From the NCBI GenBank assembly GCA_964016885.1, contig OZ024764.1:19840001-19904000 (forward strand): DNA of 64,000 nt. The letters run 5' to 3'. Position numbers and translations under genes: made by a program. The notes below the pieces were generated by a model that saw only the letters and a program-made list of their open reading frames with translations, made no database searches and was not told the DNA's origin. Origin of the DNA: Eledone cirrhosa (Eukaryota). This document shows, in pieces, positions 37,901-52,900 of the stretch. How positions within the stretch are numbered: the stretch's first letter is position 1; each line of letters begins with the position of its first letter.

Positions 37901-40900
37901 ATCAGATATAAAAGTATAAAAAAATCTGATATAAAAGTATAAAAAAATCTGATATAAAAGTATAAAAAAATCAGATATAAAAGTATAAAAAAAATTAATA
38001 TGCGTTTTTCAAATTGCGTTTTTCGAAATATTAACTTCTGATTTCGAAAACTGATTTTTTTAGGTTTTTGGAAAGAAATTTAATCTGCAAAATTTGAAAC
38101 CAGAAAGTAAATATTTCTAAAGATTTGTAAAAGCATTAATTTTTAAAGTTTTTTTTAGATTTCGAAACATGCAAAAAATCAGAAAAACGTAAAAAGATTA
38201 ATGCAGAAGTATATATGAACTCTTTTTCGAAAAACCTAAAAAAAATTAATTATATAAGGTTTTCGAAAAACCTAAAAAAAAATCAATATTTCGAAATATT
38301 AACTTCTGATTTCGAAAACTGATTTTTTAGGTTTTTCGAAAAAAATTTAATCTGCAAAATTTGAAACCAGAAAGTAAATATTTCTAAAGATTTGTAAAAG
38401 CATTAATTTTTTACGGTCTTTTTATATTTCGAAACATGCAAAAAATCAGAAAAACGTAAAAAGATTAATGCGGAAGTATATATTTCGACTATGAACTCTT
38501 TTTCGAAAAAACTAAAAAAATTTGATTATATAAGGTTTTCGAAAGACCTAAAAAAATCAATATTTGAAATTGGATATAAATATTTCTAAAAGTATAAAAA
38601 AATCGATTATATAAGGTTTTCGAAAAAAAATTAATATGCGTTTTCCAAATTGCTTTTTTCGAAATATTAACTTCTGATTTCGAAAACTGATTTTTTTAGG
38701 TTTTTCGAAAAAAATTTAATCTACAAAATTTGAAACCAGAAAGTAAATATTTCGAAAGATTTGTAAAAGCATTAAATTTTTACGTTTTTTTTAGATTTCG
38801 AAATATGCAAAAAATCAGAATAACGTAAAAAGATTAATGCAGAAGTATATATTTCGAAAAACCTAAAAAAAATTGATTATATAAGGTTCCGAAAAACCTA
38901 AAAAAATCAATATTTGAAATCAGATATAAATATTTTTAAAAGTATAAAAAAATTGATTATATAAAGTTTTCGAAAAAAAATTAATATGTGTTTTTCAAAT
39001 TGCGTTTTTCGAAGTATTAACTTCTGATTTCGAAAACTGATTTTTTTAGGTTTTTCGAAAAAAGTTTAATCTGCAAAATTTGAAACCAGGAAGTAGATAT
39101 TTCGAAAGATTTGTAAAAGCATTAATTTGTTACGTTTTTTTTAGATTTACATGCAAAAAAACCGAAAAACGCAAAAAGATTAATGCAGAAGTATATATGA
39201 ACTCTTTTTCGAAAAACATAAAAAAAATTAATTATATAAGGTTTTCGAAAAACCTAAAAAAAATCAATATTTCGAAATATTAACTTCTGATTTCGAAAAC
39301 TGATTTTTTAGGTTTTTCGAAAAAAATTTAATCTGCAAAATTTGAAACCAGAAAGTAAATATTTCTAAAGATTTGTAAAAGCATTAATTTTTTACGTTTT
39401 TTTTAGATTTCGAAACATGCAAAAAATCAGAAAAACGTAAAAAGATTAATGCGGAAGTATATATTTCGACTATGAACTCTTTTTAGAAAAAACTAAAAAA
39501 AATTGATTATATAAGGTTTTCGAAAAACCTAAAAAAATCAATATTTGAAATCAGATATAAAAGTATAAAAAAATTGATTATATAAGGTTTTCGAAAAACC
39601 TAAAAAAATCAATATTTGAAATCGGATATAAATATTTCTAAAAGTATAAAAAAATCGATTATATAAGGTTTTCGAAAAAAAATTAATATGCGTTTTCCAA
39701 ATTGCATATTAACTTCTGATTTCGAAAACTGATTTTTTTAGGTTTTTCGAAAAAAATTTAATCTGCAAAATTTGAAACCAGAAAGTAAATATTTCTAAAG
39801 ATTTGTAAAAGCATTAAATTTTTACGTTTTTTTTAGATTTCGATATATGCAAAAAATCAGAATAACGTAAAAAGATTAATGCAGAAGTATATATTTCGAA
39901 ACACCTAAAAAAAATTGATTATATAAGGTTCCGAAAAACCTAAAAAAATCAATATTTGAAATCAGATATAAATATTTTTAAAAGTATAAAAAAATTGATT
40001 ATATAAAGTTTTCGAAAAAAAATTAATATGTGTTTTTCAAATTGCGTTTTTCAAATTGCGTTTTTCGAAGTATTAACTTCTGATTTCGAAAACTGATTTT
40101 TTTAGGTTTTTCGAAAAAAGTTTAATCTGCAAAATTTGAAACCAGGAAGTAGATATTTCGAAAGATTTGTAAAAGCATTAATTTGTTACGTTTTTTTTAG
40201 ATTTACATGCAAAAAAACCGAAAAACGTAAAAAGATTAATGCAGAAGTATATATGAACTCTTTTTCGAAAAACATAAAAAAAATTAATTATATAAGGTTT
40301 TCGAAAAACCTAAAAAAAATCAATATTTCGAAATATTAACTTCTGATTTCGAAAACTGATTTTTTAGGTTTTTCGAAAAAAATTTAATCTGCAAAATTTG
40401 AAACCAGAAAGTAAATATTTCTAAAGATTTGTAAAAGCATTAATTTTTTACGGTTTTTGTTAGATTTCGAAACATGCAAAAAATCAGAAAAACGTAAAAA
40501 GATTAATGCGTAAGTATATATTTCGACTATGAACTCTTTTTCGAAAAAACTAAAAAAAATTGATTATATAAGGTTTTCGAAAAACCTAAAAAAATCAATA
40601 TTTGAAATCAGATATAAAAGTATAAAAAAATTGATTATATAAGGTTTTCGAAAAACCTAAAAAAATCAATATTTGAAATCGGATATAAATATTTCTAAAA
40701 GTATAAAAAAATCGATTATATAAGGTTTTCGAAAAAAAATTAATATGCGTTTTCCAAATTGCATTTTCCGAAATATTAACTTCTGATTTCGAAAACTGAT
40801 TTTTTTAGGTTTTTCGAAAAAAATTTAATCTGCAAAATTTGAAACCAGAAAGTAAATATTTCTAAAGATTTGTAAAAGCATTAATTTTTTACGTTTTTTT

Positions 40901-43900
40901 TAGATTTCGAAACATGCAAAAAATCTGAAAAACGTAAAAAGATTAATACAGAAGTATATATTTCGACTATGACTCACAGTCATTCTTTTTTCGAAAAACC
41001 TAAAAAAAATTGATTATTTATATAATCAATTTTTTCGAAAAACCTAAAAAATCATTATTTGAAATAAGATATAAATATTTCTAAAAGTATGAAAAAATTG
41101 ATTATTTGTAAAATCAATTTTTTACGTTTTTTTTAGATTTCGAAATATGCAAATCAGAATAACGTAAAAAGATTAATGCAGAAGTATATATATCGAAAAA
41201 CCTAAAAAAATTGATTATATAAGGTTCCGAAAAACCTAAAAAAATCAATATTTGAAATCAGATATAAATATTTTTAAAAGTATAAAAAAATTGATTATAT
41301 AAAGTTTTCGAAAAAAAATTAATGTGTTTTTCAAATTGCGTTTTTCAAATTGCGTTTTTCGAAATATTAACTTCTGATTTCCAAAACTGATTTTTTTAGG
41401 TTTTTCGAAAAAAGTTTAATCTGCAAAATTTGAAACCAGGAAGTAGATATTTCGAAAGATTTGTAAAAGCATTAATTTGTTACGTTTTTTTTAGATTTAC
41501 ATGCAAAAAAACCGAAAAACGTAAAAAGATTAATGCAGAAGTATATATGAACTCTTTTTCGAAAAACCTAAAAAAAATTAATTATATAAGGTTTTCGAAA
41601 AACCTAAAAAAAATCAATATTTCGAAATATTAACTTCTGATTTCGAAAACTGATTTTTTAGGTTTTTCGAAAAAAATTTAATCTGCAAAATTTGAAACCA
41701 GAAAGTAAATATTTCTAAAGATTTGTAAAAGCATTAATTTTTTACGGTTTTTTTAGATTTCGAAACATGCAAAAAATCAGAAAAACGTAAAAAGATTAAT
41801 GCGGAAGTATATATTTCGACTATGAACTCTTTTTCGAAAAAACTAAAAAAATTTGATTATATAAGGTTTTCGAAAGACCTAAAAAAATCAATATTTGAAA
41901 TCAGATATAAAAGTATAAAAAAATCAGATATAAAAGTATTAAAAAATTGATTATATAAGGTTTTCGAAAAACCTAAAAAAATCAATATTTGAAATCGGAT
42001 ATAAATATTTCTAAAAGTATAAAAAAATCGATTATATAAGGTTTTCGAAAAAAAATTAATATGCGTTTTCCAAATTGCATTTTCCGAAATATTAACTTCT
42101 CATTTCAAAAAATGATTTTTTTAGGTTTTTCGAAAAAAATTTAATCTGCAAAATTTGAAACCAGAAAGTAAATATTTCTAAAGATTTGTAAAAGCATTAA
42201 ATTTTTACATTTTTTTTAGATTTCGAAATATGCAAAATATCAGAATAACGTAAAAAGATTAATGCAGAAGTATATATTTCGAAAAAACTAAAAAAAATTG
42301 ATTATATAAGGTTTCGAAAAACCTAAAAAAATCAATATTTGAAATCAGATATAAATATTTTTAAAAGTATAAAAAAATTGATTATATAAAGTTTTCGAAA
42401 AAAAATTAATATGTGTTTTTCAAATTGCGTTTTTCAAATTGTGTTTTTCGAAGTATTAACTTCTGATTTCGAAAACTGATTTTTTTAGGTTTTTCGAAAA
42501 AAGTTTAATCTGCAAAATTTGAAACCAGGAAGTAGATATTTCGAAAGATTTGTAAAAGCATTAATTTGTTACGTTTTTTTTAGATTTCGAAACATGCAAA
42601 AAATCAGAAAGACGTAAAAAGATTAATGCGGAAGTATATATTTCGACTATGAACTCTTTTTAGAAAAAACTAAAAAAAATTGATTATATAAGGTTTTCGA
42701 AAAACCTAAAAAAATCAATATTTGAAATCAGATATAAAAGTATAAAAAAATCAGATATAAAAGTATAAAAAAATCTGATATAAAAGTATAAAAAAATCTG
42801 ATATAAAAGTATAAAAAAATCAGATATAAAAGTATAAAAAAATCTGATATAAAAGTATAAAAAAATCTGATATAAAAGTATAAAAAAATCAGATATAAAA
42901 GTATAAAAAAAATTAATATGCGTTTTTCAAATTGCGTTTTTCGAAATATTAACTTCTGATTTCGAAAACTGATTTTTTTAGGTTTTTGGAAAGAAATTTA
43001 ATCTGCAAAATTTGAAACCAGAAAGTAAATATTTCTAAAGATTTGTAAAAGCATTAATTTTTTAAGTTTTTTTTAGATTTCGAAACATGCAAAAAATCAG
43101 AAAAACGTAAAAAGATTAATGCAGAAGTATATATGAACTCTTTTTCGAAAGACCTAAAAAAAATTAATTATATAAGGTTTTCGAAAAACCTAAAAAAAAA
43201 TCAATATTTCGAAATATTAACTTCTGATTTCGAAAACTGATTTTTTAGGTTTTTCGAAAAAAGTTTAATCTGCAAAATTTGAAACCAGGAAGTAGATATT
43301 TCGAAAGATTTGTAAAAGCATTAATTTGTTAGGTTTTTTTTAGATTTACATGCAAAAAAACCGAAAAACGTAAAAAGATTAATGCAGAAGTATATATGAA
43401 CTCTTTTTCGAAAAACCTAAAAAAAATTAATTATATAAGGTTTTCGAAAAACCTAAAAAAAATCAATATTTCGAAATATTAACTTCTGATTTCGAAAACT
43501 GATTTTTTAGGTTTTTCGAAAAAAATTTAATCTGCAAAATTTGAAACCAGAAAGTAAATATTTTTAAAGATTTGTAAAAGCATTAATTTTTTACGGTCTT
43601 TTTAGATTTCGAAACATGCAAAAAATCAGAAAAACGTAAAAAGATTAATGCGGAAGTATATATTTCGACTATGAACTCTTTTTCGAAAAAACTAAAAAAA
43701 TTTGATTATATAAGGTTTTCGAAAGACCTAAAAAAATCAATATTTGAAATCAGATATAAAAGTATAAAAAAATCAGATATAAAAGTATTAAAAAATTGAT
43801 TATATAAGGTTTTCGAAAAACCTAAAAAAATCAATATTTGAAATCGGATATAAATATTTCTAAAAGTATAAAAAAATCGATTATATAAGGTTTTCGAAAA

Positions 43901-46900
43901 AAAATTAATATGCGTTTTCCAAATTGCATTTTCCGAAATATTAACTTCTCATTTCAAAAAATGATTTTTTTAGGTTTTTCGAAAAAAATTTAATCTGCAA
44001 AATTTGAAACCAGAAAGTAAATATTTCTAAAGATTTGTAAAAGCATTAAATTTTTACATTTTTTTTAGATTTCGAAATATGCAAAACATCAGAATAACGT
44101 AAAAAGATTAATGCAGAAGTATATATTTCGAAAAAACTAAAAAAAATTGATTATATAAGGTCCCGAAAAACCTAAAAAAATCAATATTTGAAATCAGATA
44201 TAAATATTTTTAAAAGTATAAAAAAATTGATTATATAAAGTTTTCGAAAAAAAATTAATATGTGTTTTTCAAATTGCGTTTTTCAAATTGTGTTTTTCGA
44301 AGTATTAACTTCTGATTTCGAAAACTGATTTTTTAGGTTTTTCGAAAAAAGTTTAATTTGCAAAATTTGAAACCAGGAAGTAGATATTTCGAAAGATTTG
44401 TAAAAGCATTAATTTGTTACGTTTTTTTTAGATTTACATGCAAAAAAACCGAAAAACGTAAAAAGATTAATGCAGAAGTATATATGAACTCTTTTTCGAA
44501 AAACATAAAAAAAATCAATATTTCGAAATATTAACTTCTGATTTCGAAAACTGATTTTTTAGGTTTTTCGAAAAAAATTTAATCTGCAAAATTTGAAACC
44601 AGAAAGTAAATATTTCTAAAGATTTGTAAAAGCATTAATTTTTTACGTTTTTTTTAGATTTCGAAACATGCAAAAAATCAGAAAAACGTAAAAAGATTAA
44701 TGCGGAAGTATATATTTCGACTATGAACTCTTTTTAGAAAAAACTAAAAAAAATTGATTATATAAGGTTTTCGAAAAACCTAAAAAAATCAATATTTGAA
44801 ATCAGATATAAAAGTATAAAAAAATTGATTATATAAGGTTTTCGAAAAACCTAAAAAAATCAATATTTGAAATCGGATATAAATATTTCTAAAAGTATAA
44901 AAAAATCGATTATATAAGGTTTTCGAAAAAAAATTAATATGCGTTTTCCAAATTGCATTTTCCGAAATATTAACTTCTGATTTCGAAAACTGATTTTTTT
45001 AGGTTTTTCGAAAAAAATTTAATCTGCAAAATTTGAAACCAGAAAGTAAATATTTCGAAAGATTTGTAAAAGCATTAAATTTTTACGTTTTTTTTAGATT
45101 TCGATATATGCAAAAAATCAGAATAACGTAAAAAGATTAATGCAGAAGTATAAACACCTAAAAAAAATTGATTATATAAGGTTCCGAAAAACCTAAAAAA
45201 ATCAATATTTGAAATCAGATATAAATATTTTTAAAAGTATAAAAAAATTGATTATATAAAGTTTTCGAAAAAAAATTAATATGTGTTTTTCAAATTGCGT
45301 TTTTCAAATTGCGTTTTTCGAAGTATGAACTTCTGATTTCGAAAACTGATTTTTTTAGGTTTTTCGAAAAAAGTTTAATCTGCAAAATTTGAAACCAGGA
45401 AGTAGATATTTCGAAAGATTTGTAAAAGCATTAATTTGTTACGTTTTTTTTAGATTTACATGCAAAAAAACCGAAAAACGTAAAAAGATTAATGCAGAAG
45501 TATATATGAACTCTTTTTCGAAAAACATAAAAAAAATTAATTATATAAGGTTTTCGAAAAACCTAAAAAAAATCAATATTTCGAAATATTAACTTCTGAT
45601 TTCGAAAACTGATTTTTTAGGTTTTTCGAAAAAAATTTAATCTGCAAAATTTGAAACCAGAAAGTAAATATTTCTAAAGATTTGTAAAAGCATTAATTTT
45701 TTACGTTTTTGTTAGATTTCGAAACATGCAAAAAATCAGAAAAACGTAAAAAGATTAATGCGGAAGTATATATTTCGACTATGAACTCTTTTTCGAAAAA
45801 ACTAAAAAAAATTGATTATATAAGGTTTTCGAAAAACCTAAAAAAATCAATATTTGAAATCAGATATAAAAGTATAAAAAAATCAGATATAAAAGTAAAA
45901 AAGTATTAACTTCTGATTTCGAAAACTGATTTTTTAGGTTTTTCGAAAAAAGTTTAATCTGCAAAATTTGAAACCAGGAAGTAGATATTTCGAAAGATTT
46001 GTAAAAGCATTAATTTGTTACGTTTTTTTTAGATTTCGAAACATGCAAAAAATCAGAAAGACGTAAAAAGATTAATGCGGAAGTATATATTTCGACTATG
46101 AACTCTTTTTAGAAAAAACTAAAAAAAATTGATTATATAAGGTTTTCGAAAAACCTAAAAAAATCAATATTTGAAATCAGATATAAAAGTATAAAAAAAT
46201 CAGATATAAAAGTATAAAAAAATCTGATATAAAAGTATAAAAAAATCTGATATAAAAGTATAAAAAAATCAGATATAAAAGTATAAAAAAAATTAATATG
46301 CGTTTTTCAAATTGCGTTTTTCGAAATATTAACTTCTGATTTCGAAAACTGATTTTTTTAGGTTTTTGGAAAGAAATTTAATCTGCAAAATTTGAAACCA
46401 GAAAGTAAATATTTCTAAAGATTTGTAAAAGCATTAATTTTTTAAGTTTTTTTTAGATTTCGAAACATGCAAAAAATCAGAAAAACGTAAAAAGATTAAT
46501 GCAGAAGTATATATGAACTCTTTTTCGAAAAACCTAAAAAAAATTAATTATATAAGGTTTTCGAAAAACCTAAAAAAAAATCAATATTTCGAAATATTAA
46601 CTTCTGATTTCGAAAACTGATTTTTTAGGTTTTTCGAAAAAAGTTTAATCTGCAAAATTTGAAACCAGGAAGTAGATATTTCGAAAGATTTGTAAAAGCA
46701 TTAATTTGTTAGGTTTTTTTTAGATTTACATGCAAAAAAACCGAAAAACGTAAAAAGATTAATGCAGAAGTATATATGAACTCTTTTTCGAAAAACCTAA
46801 AAAAAATTAATTATATAAGGTTTTCGAAAAACCTAAAAAAAATCAATATTTCGAAATATTAACTTCTGATTTCGAAAACTGATTTTTTAGGTTTTTCGAA

Positions 46901-49900
46901 AAAAATTTAATCTGCAAAGTTTGAAACCAGAAAGTAAATATTTCTAAAGATTTGTAAAAGCATTAATTTTTTACGGTCTTTTTAGATTTCGAAACATGCA
47001 AAAAATCAGAAAAACGTAAAAAGATTAATGCGGAAGTATATATTTCGACTATGAACTCTTTTTCGAAAAAACTAAAAAAATTTGATTATATAAGGTTTTC
47101 GAAAGACCTAAAAAAATCAATATTTGAAATCAGATATAAAAGTATAAAAAAATCAGATATAAAAGTATTAAAAAATTGATTATATAAGGTTTTCGAAAAA
47201 CCTAAAAAAATCAATATTTGAAATCGGATATAAATATTTCTAAAAGTATAAAAAAATCGATTATATAAGGTTTTCGAAAAAAAATTAATATGCGTTTTCC
47301 AAATTGCATTTTCCGAAATATTAACTTCTCATTTCAAAAAATGATTTTTTTAGGTTTTTCGAAAAAAATTTAATCTGCAAAATTTGAAACCAGAAAGTAA
47401 ATATTTCGAAAGATTTGTAAAAGCATTAAATTTTTACATTTTTTTTAGATTTCGAAATATGCAAAACATCAGAATAACGTAAAAAGATTAATACAGAAGT
47501 ATATATTTCGAAAAAACTAAAAAAAATTGATTATATAAGGTTCCGAAAAACCTAAAAAAATCAATATTTGAAATCAGATATAAATATTTTTAAAAGTATA
47601 AAAAAATTGATTATATAAAGTTTTCGAAAAAAAATTAATATGTGTTTTTCAAATTGCGTTTTTCAAATTGTGTTTTTCGAAGTATTAACTTCTGATTTCG
47701 AAAACTGATTTTTTTAGGTTTTTCGAAAAAAGTTTAATCTGCAAAATTTGAAACCAGGAAGTAGATATTTCGAAAGATTTGTAAAAGCATTAATTTGTTA
47801 CGTTTTTTTTAGATTTTGAAACATGCAAAAAATCAGAAAGACGTAAAAAGATTAATGCGGAAGTATATATTTCGACTATGAACTCTTTTTAGAAAAAACT
47901 AAAAAAAATTGATTATATAAGGTTTTCGAAAAACCTAAAAAAATCAATATTTGAAATCAGATATAAAAGTATAAAAAAATCAGATATAAAAGTATAAAAA
48001 AATCTGATATAAAAGTATAAAAAAATCAGATATAAAAGTATAAAAAAAATTAATATGCGTTTTTCAAATTGCGTTTTTCGAAATATTAACTTCTGATTTC
48101 GAAAACTGATTTTTTTAGGTTTTTGGAAAGAAATTTAATCTGCAAAATTTGAAACCAGAAAGTAAATATTTCTAAAGATTTGTAAAAGCATTAATTTTTT
48201 AAGTTTTTTTTAGATTTCGAAACATGCAAAAAATCAGAAAAACGTAAAAAGATTAATGCAGAAGTATATATGAACTCTTTTTCGAAAAACCTAAAAAAAA
48301 TTAATTATATAAGGTTTTCGAAAAACCTAAAAAAAAATCAATATTTCGAAATATTAACTTCTGATTTCGAAAACTGATTTTTTAGGTTTTTCGAAAAAAG
48401 TTTAATCTGCAAAATTTGAAACCAGGAAGTAGATATTTCGAAAGATTTGTAAAAGCATTAATTTGTTAGGTTTTTTTAGATTTACATGCAAAAAAAGATT
48501 AATGCGGAAGTATATATTTCGACTATGAACTCTTTTTCGAAAAAACTAAAAAAATTTGATTATATAAGGTTTTCGAAAGACCTAAAAAAATCAATATTTG
48601 AAATCAGATATAAAAGTATAAAAAAATCAGATATAAAAGTATTAAAAAATTGATTATATAAGGTTTTCGAAAAACCTAAAAAAATCAATATTTGAAATCG
48701 GATATAAATATTTCTAAAAGTATAAAAAAATCGATTATATAAGGTTTTCGAAAAAAAATTAATATGCGTTTTCCAAATTGCATTTTCCGAAATATTAACT
48801 TCTCATTTCAAAAAATGATTTTTTTAGGTTTTTCGAAAAAAATTTAATCTGCAAAATTTGAAACCAGAAAGTAAATATTTCTAAAGATTTGTAAAAGCAT
48901 TAAATTTTTACATTTTTTTTAGATTTCGAAATATGCAAAACATCAGAATAACGTAAAAAGATTAATGCAGAAGTATATATTTCGAAAAAACTAAAAAAAA
49001 TTGATTATATAAGGTTCCGAAAAACCTAAAAAAATCAATATTTGAAATCAGATATAAATATTTTTAAAAGTATAAAAAAATTGATTATATAAAGTTTTCG
49101 AAAAAAAATTAATATGTGTTTTTCAAATTGCGTTTTTCAAATTGTGTTTTTCGAAGTATTAACTTCTGATTTCGAAAACTGATTTTTTAGGTTTTTCGAA
49201 AAAAGTTTAATTTGCAAAATTTGAAACCAGGAAGTAGATATTTCGAAAGATTTGTAAAAGCATTAATTTGTTACGTTTTTTTTAGATTTACATGCAAAAA
49301 AACCGAAAAACGTAAAAAGATTAATGCAGAAGTATATATGAACTCTTTTTCGAAAAACATAAAAAAAATCAATATTTCGAAATATTAACTTCTGATTTCG
49401 AAAACTGATTTTTTAGGTTTTTCGAAAAAAATTTAATCTGCAAAATTTGAAACCAGAAAGTAAATATTTCTAAAGATTTGTAAAAGCATTAATTTTTTAC
49501 GTTTTTTTTAGATTTCGAAACATGCAAAAAATCAGAAAAACGTAAAAAGATTAATGCGGAAGTATATATTTCGACTATGAACTCTTTTTAGAAAAAACTA
49601 AAAAAAATTGATTATATAAGGTTTTCGAAAAACCTAAAAAAATCAATATTTGAAATCAGATATAAAAGTATAAAAAAATTGATTATATAAGGTTTTCGAA
49701 AAACCTAAAAAAATCAATATTTGAAATCGGATATAAATATTTCTAAAAGTATAAAAAAATCGATTATATAAGGTTTTCGAAAAAAAATTAATATGCGTTT
49801 TCCAAATTGCATTTTCCGAAATATTAACTTCTGATTTCGAAAACTGATTTTTTTAGGTTTTTCGAAAAAAATTTAATCTGCAAAATTTGAAACCAGAAAG

Positions 49901-52900
49901 TAAATATTTCGAAAGATTTGTAAAAGCATTAAATTTTTACGTTTTTTTTAGATTTCGATATATGCAAAAAATCAGAATAACGTAAAAAGATTAATGCAGA
50001 AGTATAAACACCTAAAAAAAATTGATTATATAAGGTTCCGAAAAACCTAAAAAAATCAATATTTGAAATCAGATATAAATATTTTTAAAAGTATAAAAAA
50101 ATTGATTATATAAAGTTTTCGAAAAAAAATTAATATGTGTTTTTCAAATTGCGTTTTTCAAATTGCGTTTTTCGAAGTATGAACTTCTGATTTCGAAAAC
50201 TGATTTTTTTAGGTTTTTCGAAAAAAGTTTAATCTGCAAAATTTGAAACCAGGAAGTAGATATTTCGAAAGATTTGTAAAAGCATTAATTTGTTACGTTT
50301 TTTTTAGATTTACATGCAAAAAAACCGAAAAACGTAAAAAGATTAATGCAGAAGTATATATGAACTCTTTTTCGAAAAACATAAAAAAAATTAATTATAT
50401 AAGGTTTTCGAAAAACCTAAAAAAAATCAATATTTCGAAATATTAACTTCTGATTTCGAAAACTGATTTTTTAGGTTTTTCGAAAAAAATTTAATCTGCA
50501 AAATTTGAAACCAGAAAGTAAATATTTCTAAAGATTTGTAAAAGCATTAATTTTTTACGTTTTTGTTAGATTTCGAAACATGCAAAAAATCAGAAAAACG
50601 TAAAAAGATTAATGCGGAAGTATATATTTCGACTATGAACTCTTTTTCGAAAAAACTAAAAAAAATTGATTATATAAGGTTTTCGAAAAACCTAAAAAAA
50701 TCAATATTTGAAATCAGATATAAAAGTATAAAAAAATCAGATATAAAAGTAAAAAAGTATTAACTTCTGATTTCGAAAACTGATTTTTTAGGTTTTTCGA
50801 AAAAAGTTTAATCTGCAAAATTTGAAACCAGGAAGTAGATATTTCGAAAGATTTGTAAAAGCATTAATTTGTTACGTTTTTTTTAGATTTCGAAACATGC
50901 AAAAAATCAGAAAGACGTAAAAAGATTAATGCGGAAGTATATATTTCGACTATGAACTCTTTTTAGAAAAAACTAAAAAAAATTGATTATATAAGGTTTT
51001 CGAAAAACCTAAAAAAATCAATATTTGAAATCAGATATAAAAGTATAAAAAAATCAGATATAAAAGTATAAAAAAATCTGATATAAAAGTATAAAAAAAT
51101 CTGATATAAAAGTATAAAAAAATCAGATATAAAAGTATAAAAAAAATTAATATGCGTTTTTCAAATTGCGTTTTTCGAAATATTAACTTCTGATTTCGAA
51201 AACTGATTTTTTTAGGTTTTTGGAAAGAAATTTAATCTGCAAAATTTGAAACCAGAAAGTAAATATTTCTAAAGATTTGTAAAAGCATTAATTTTTTAAG
51301 TTTTTTTTAGATTTCGAAACATGCAAAAAATCAGAAAAACGTAAAAAGATTAATGCAGAAGTATATATGAACTCTTTTTCGAAAAACCTAAAAAAAATTA
51401 ATTATATAAGGTTTTCGAAAAACCTAAAAAAAAATCAATATTTCGAAATATTAACTTCTGATTTCGAAAACTGATTTTTTAGGTTTTTCGAAAAAAGTTT
51501 AATCTGCAAAATTTGAAACCAGGAAGTAGATATTTCGAAAGATTTGTAAAAGCATTAATTTGTTAGGTTTTTTTTAGATTTACATGCAAAAAAACCGAAA
51601 AACGTAAAAAGATTAATGCAGAAGTATATATGAACTCTTTTTCGAAAAACCTAAAAAAAATTAATTATATAAGGTTTTCGAAAAACCTAAAAAAAATCAA
51701 TATTTCGAAATATTAACTTCTGATTTCGAAAACTGATTTTTTAGGTTTTTCGAAAAAAATTTAATCTGCAAAGTTTGAAACCAGAAAGTAAATATTTCTA
51801 AAGATTTGTAAAAGCATTAATTTTTTACGGTCTTTTTAGATTTCGAAACATGCAAAAAATCAGAAAAACGTAAAAAGATTAATGCGGAAGTATATATTTC
51901 GACTATGAACTCTTTTTCGAAAAAACTAAAAAAATTTGATTATATAAGGTTTTCGAAAGACCTAAAAAAATCAATATTTGAAATCAGATATAAAAGTATA
52001 AAAAAATCAGATATAAAAGTATTAAAAAATTGATTATATAAGGTTTTCGAAAAACCTAAAAAAATCAATATTTGAAATCGGATATAAATATTTCTAAAAG
52101 TATAAAAAAATCGATTATATAAGGTTTTCGAAAAAAAATTAATATGCGTTTTCCAAATTGCATTTTCCGAAATATTAACTTCTCATTTCAAAAAATGATT
52201 TTTTTAGGTTTTTCGAAAAAAATTTAATCTGCAAAATTTGAAACCAGAAAGTAAATATTTCGAAAGATTTGTAAAAGCATTAAATTTTTACATTTTTTTT
52301 AGATTTCGAAATATGCAAAACATCAGAATAACGTAAAAAGATTAATACAGAAGTATATATTTCGAAAAAACTAAAAAAAATTGATTATATAAGGTTCCGA
52401 AAAACCTAAAAAAATCAATATTTGAAATCAGATATAAATATTTTTAAAAGTATAAAAAAATTGATTATATAAAGTTTTCGAAAAAAAATTAATATGTGTT
52501 TTTCAAATTGCGTTTTTCAAATTGTGTTTTTCGAAGTATTAACTTCTGATTTCGAAAACTGATTTTTTTAGGTTTTTCGAAAAAAGTTTAATCTGCAAAA
52601 TTTGAAACCAGGAAGTAGATATTTCGAAAGATTTGTAAAAGCATTAATTTGTTACGTTTTTTTTAGATTTTGAAACATGCAAAAAATCAGAAAGACGTAA
52701 AAAGATTAATGCGGAAGTATATATTTCGACTATGAACTCTTTTTAGAAAAAACTAAAAAAAATTGATTATATAAGGTTTTCGAAAAACCTAAAAAAATCA
52801 ATATTTGAAATCAGATATAAAAGTATAAAAAAATCAGATATAAAAGTATAAAAAAATCTGATATAAAAGTATAAAAAAATCAGATATAAAAGTATAAAAA

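Noticed and set aside
24631-50763. Recurrent Lys-rich 60-67 aa ORFs (MKPGSRYF..., MLDFETCK...)
   Set aside because: TTG-initiated chance frames in satellite A monomers.
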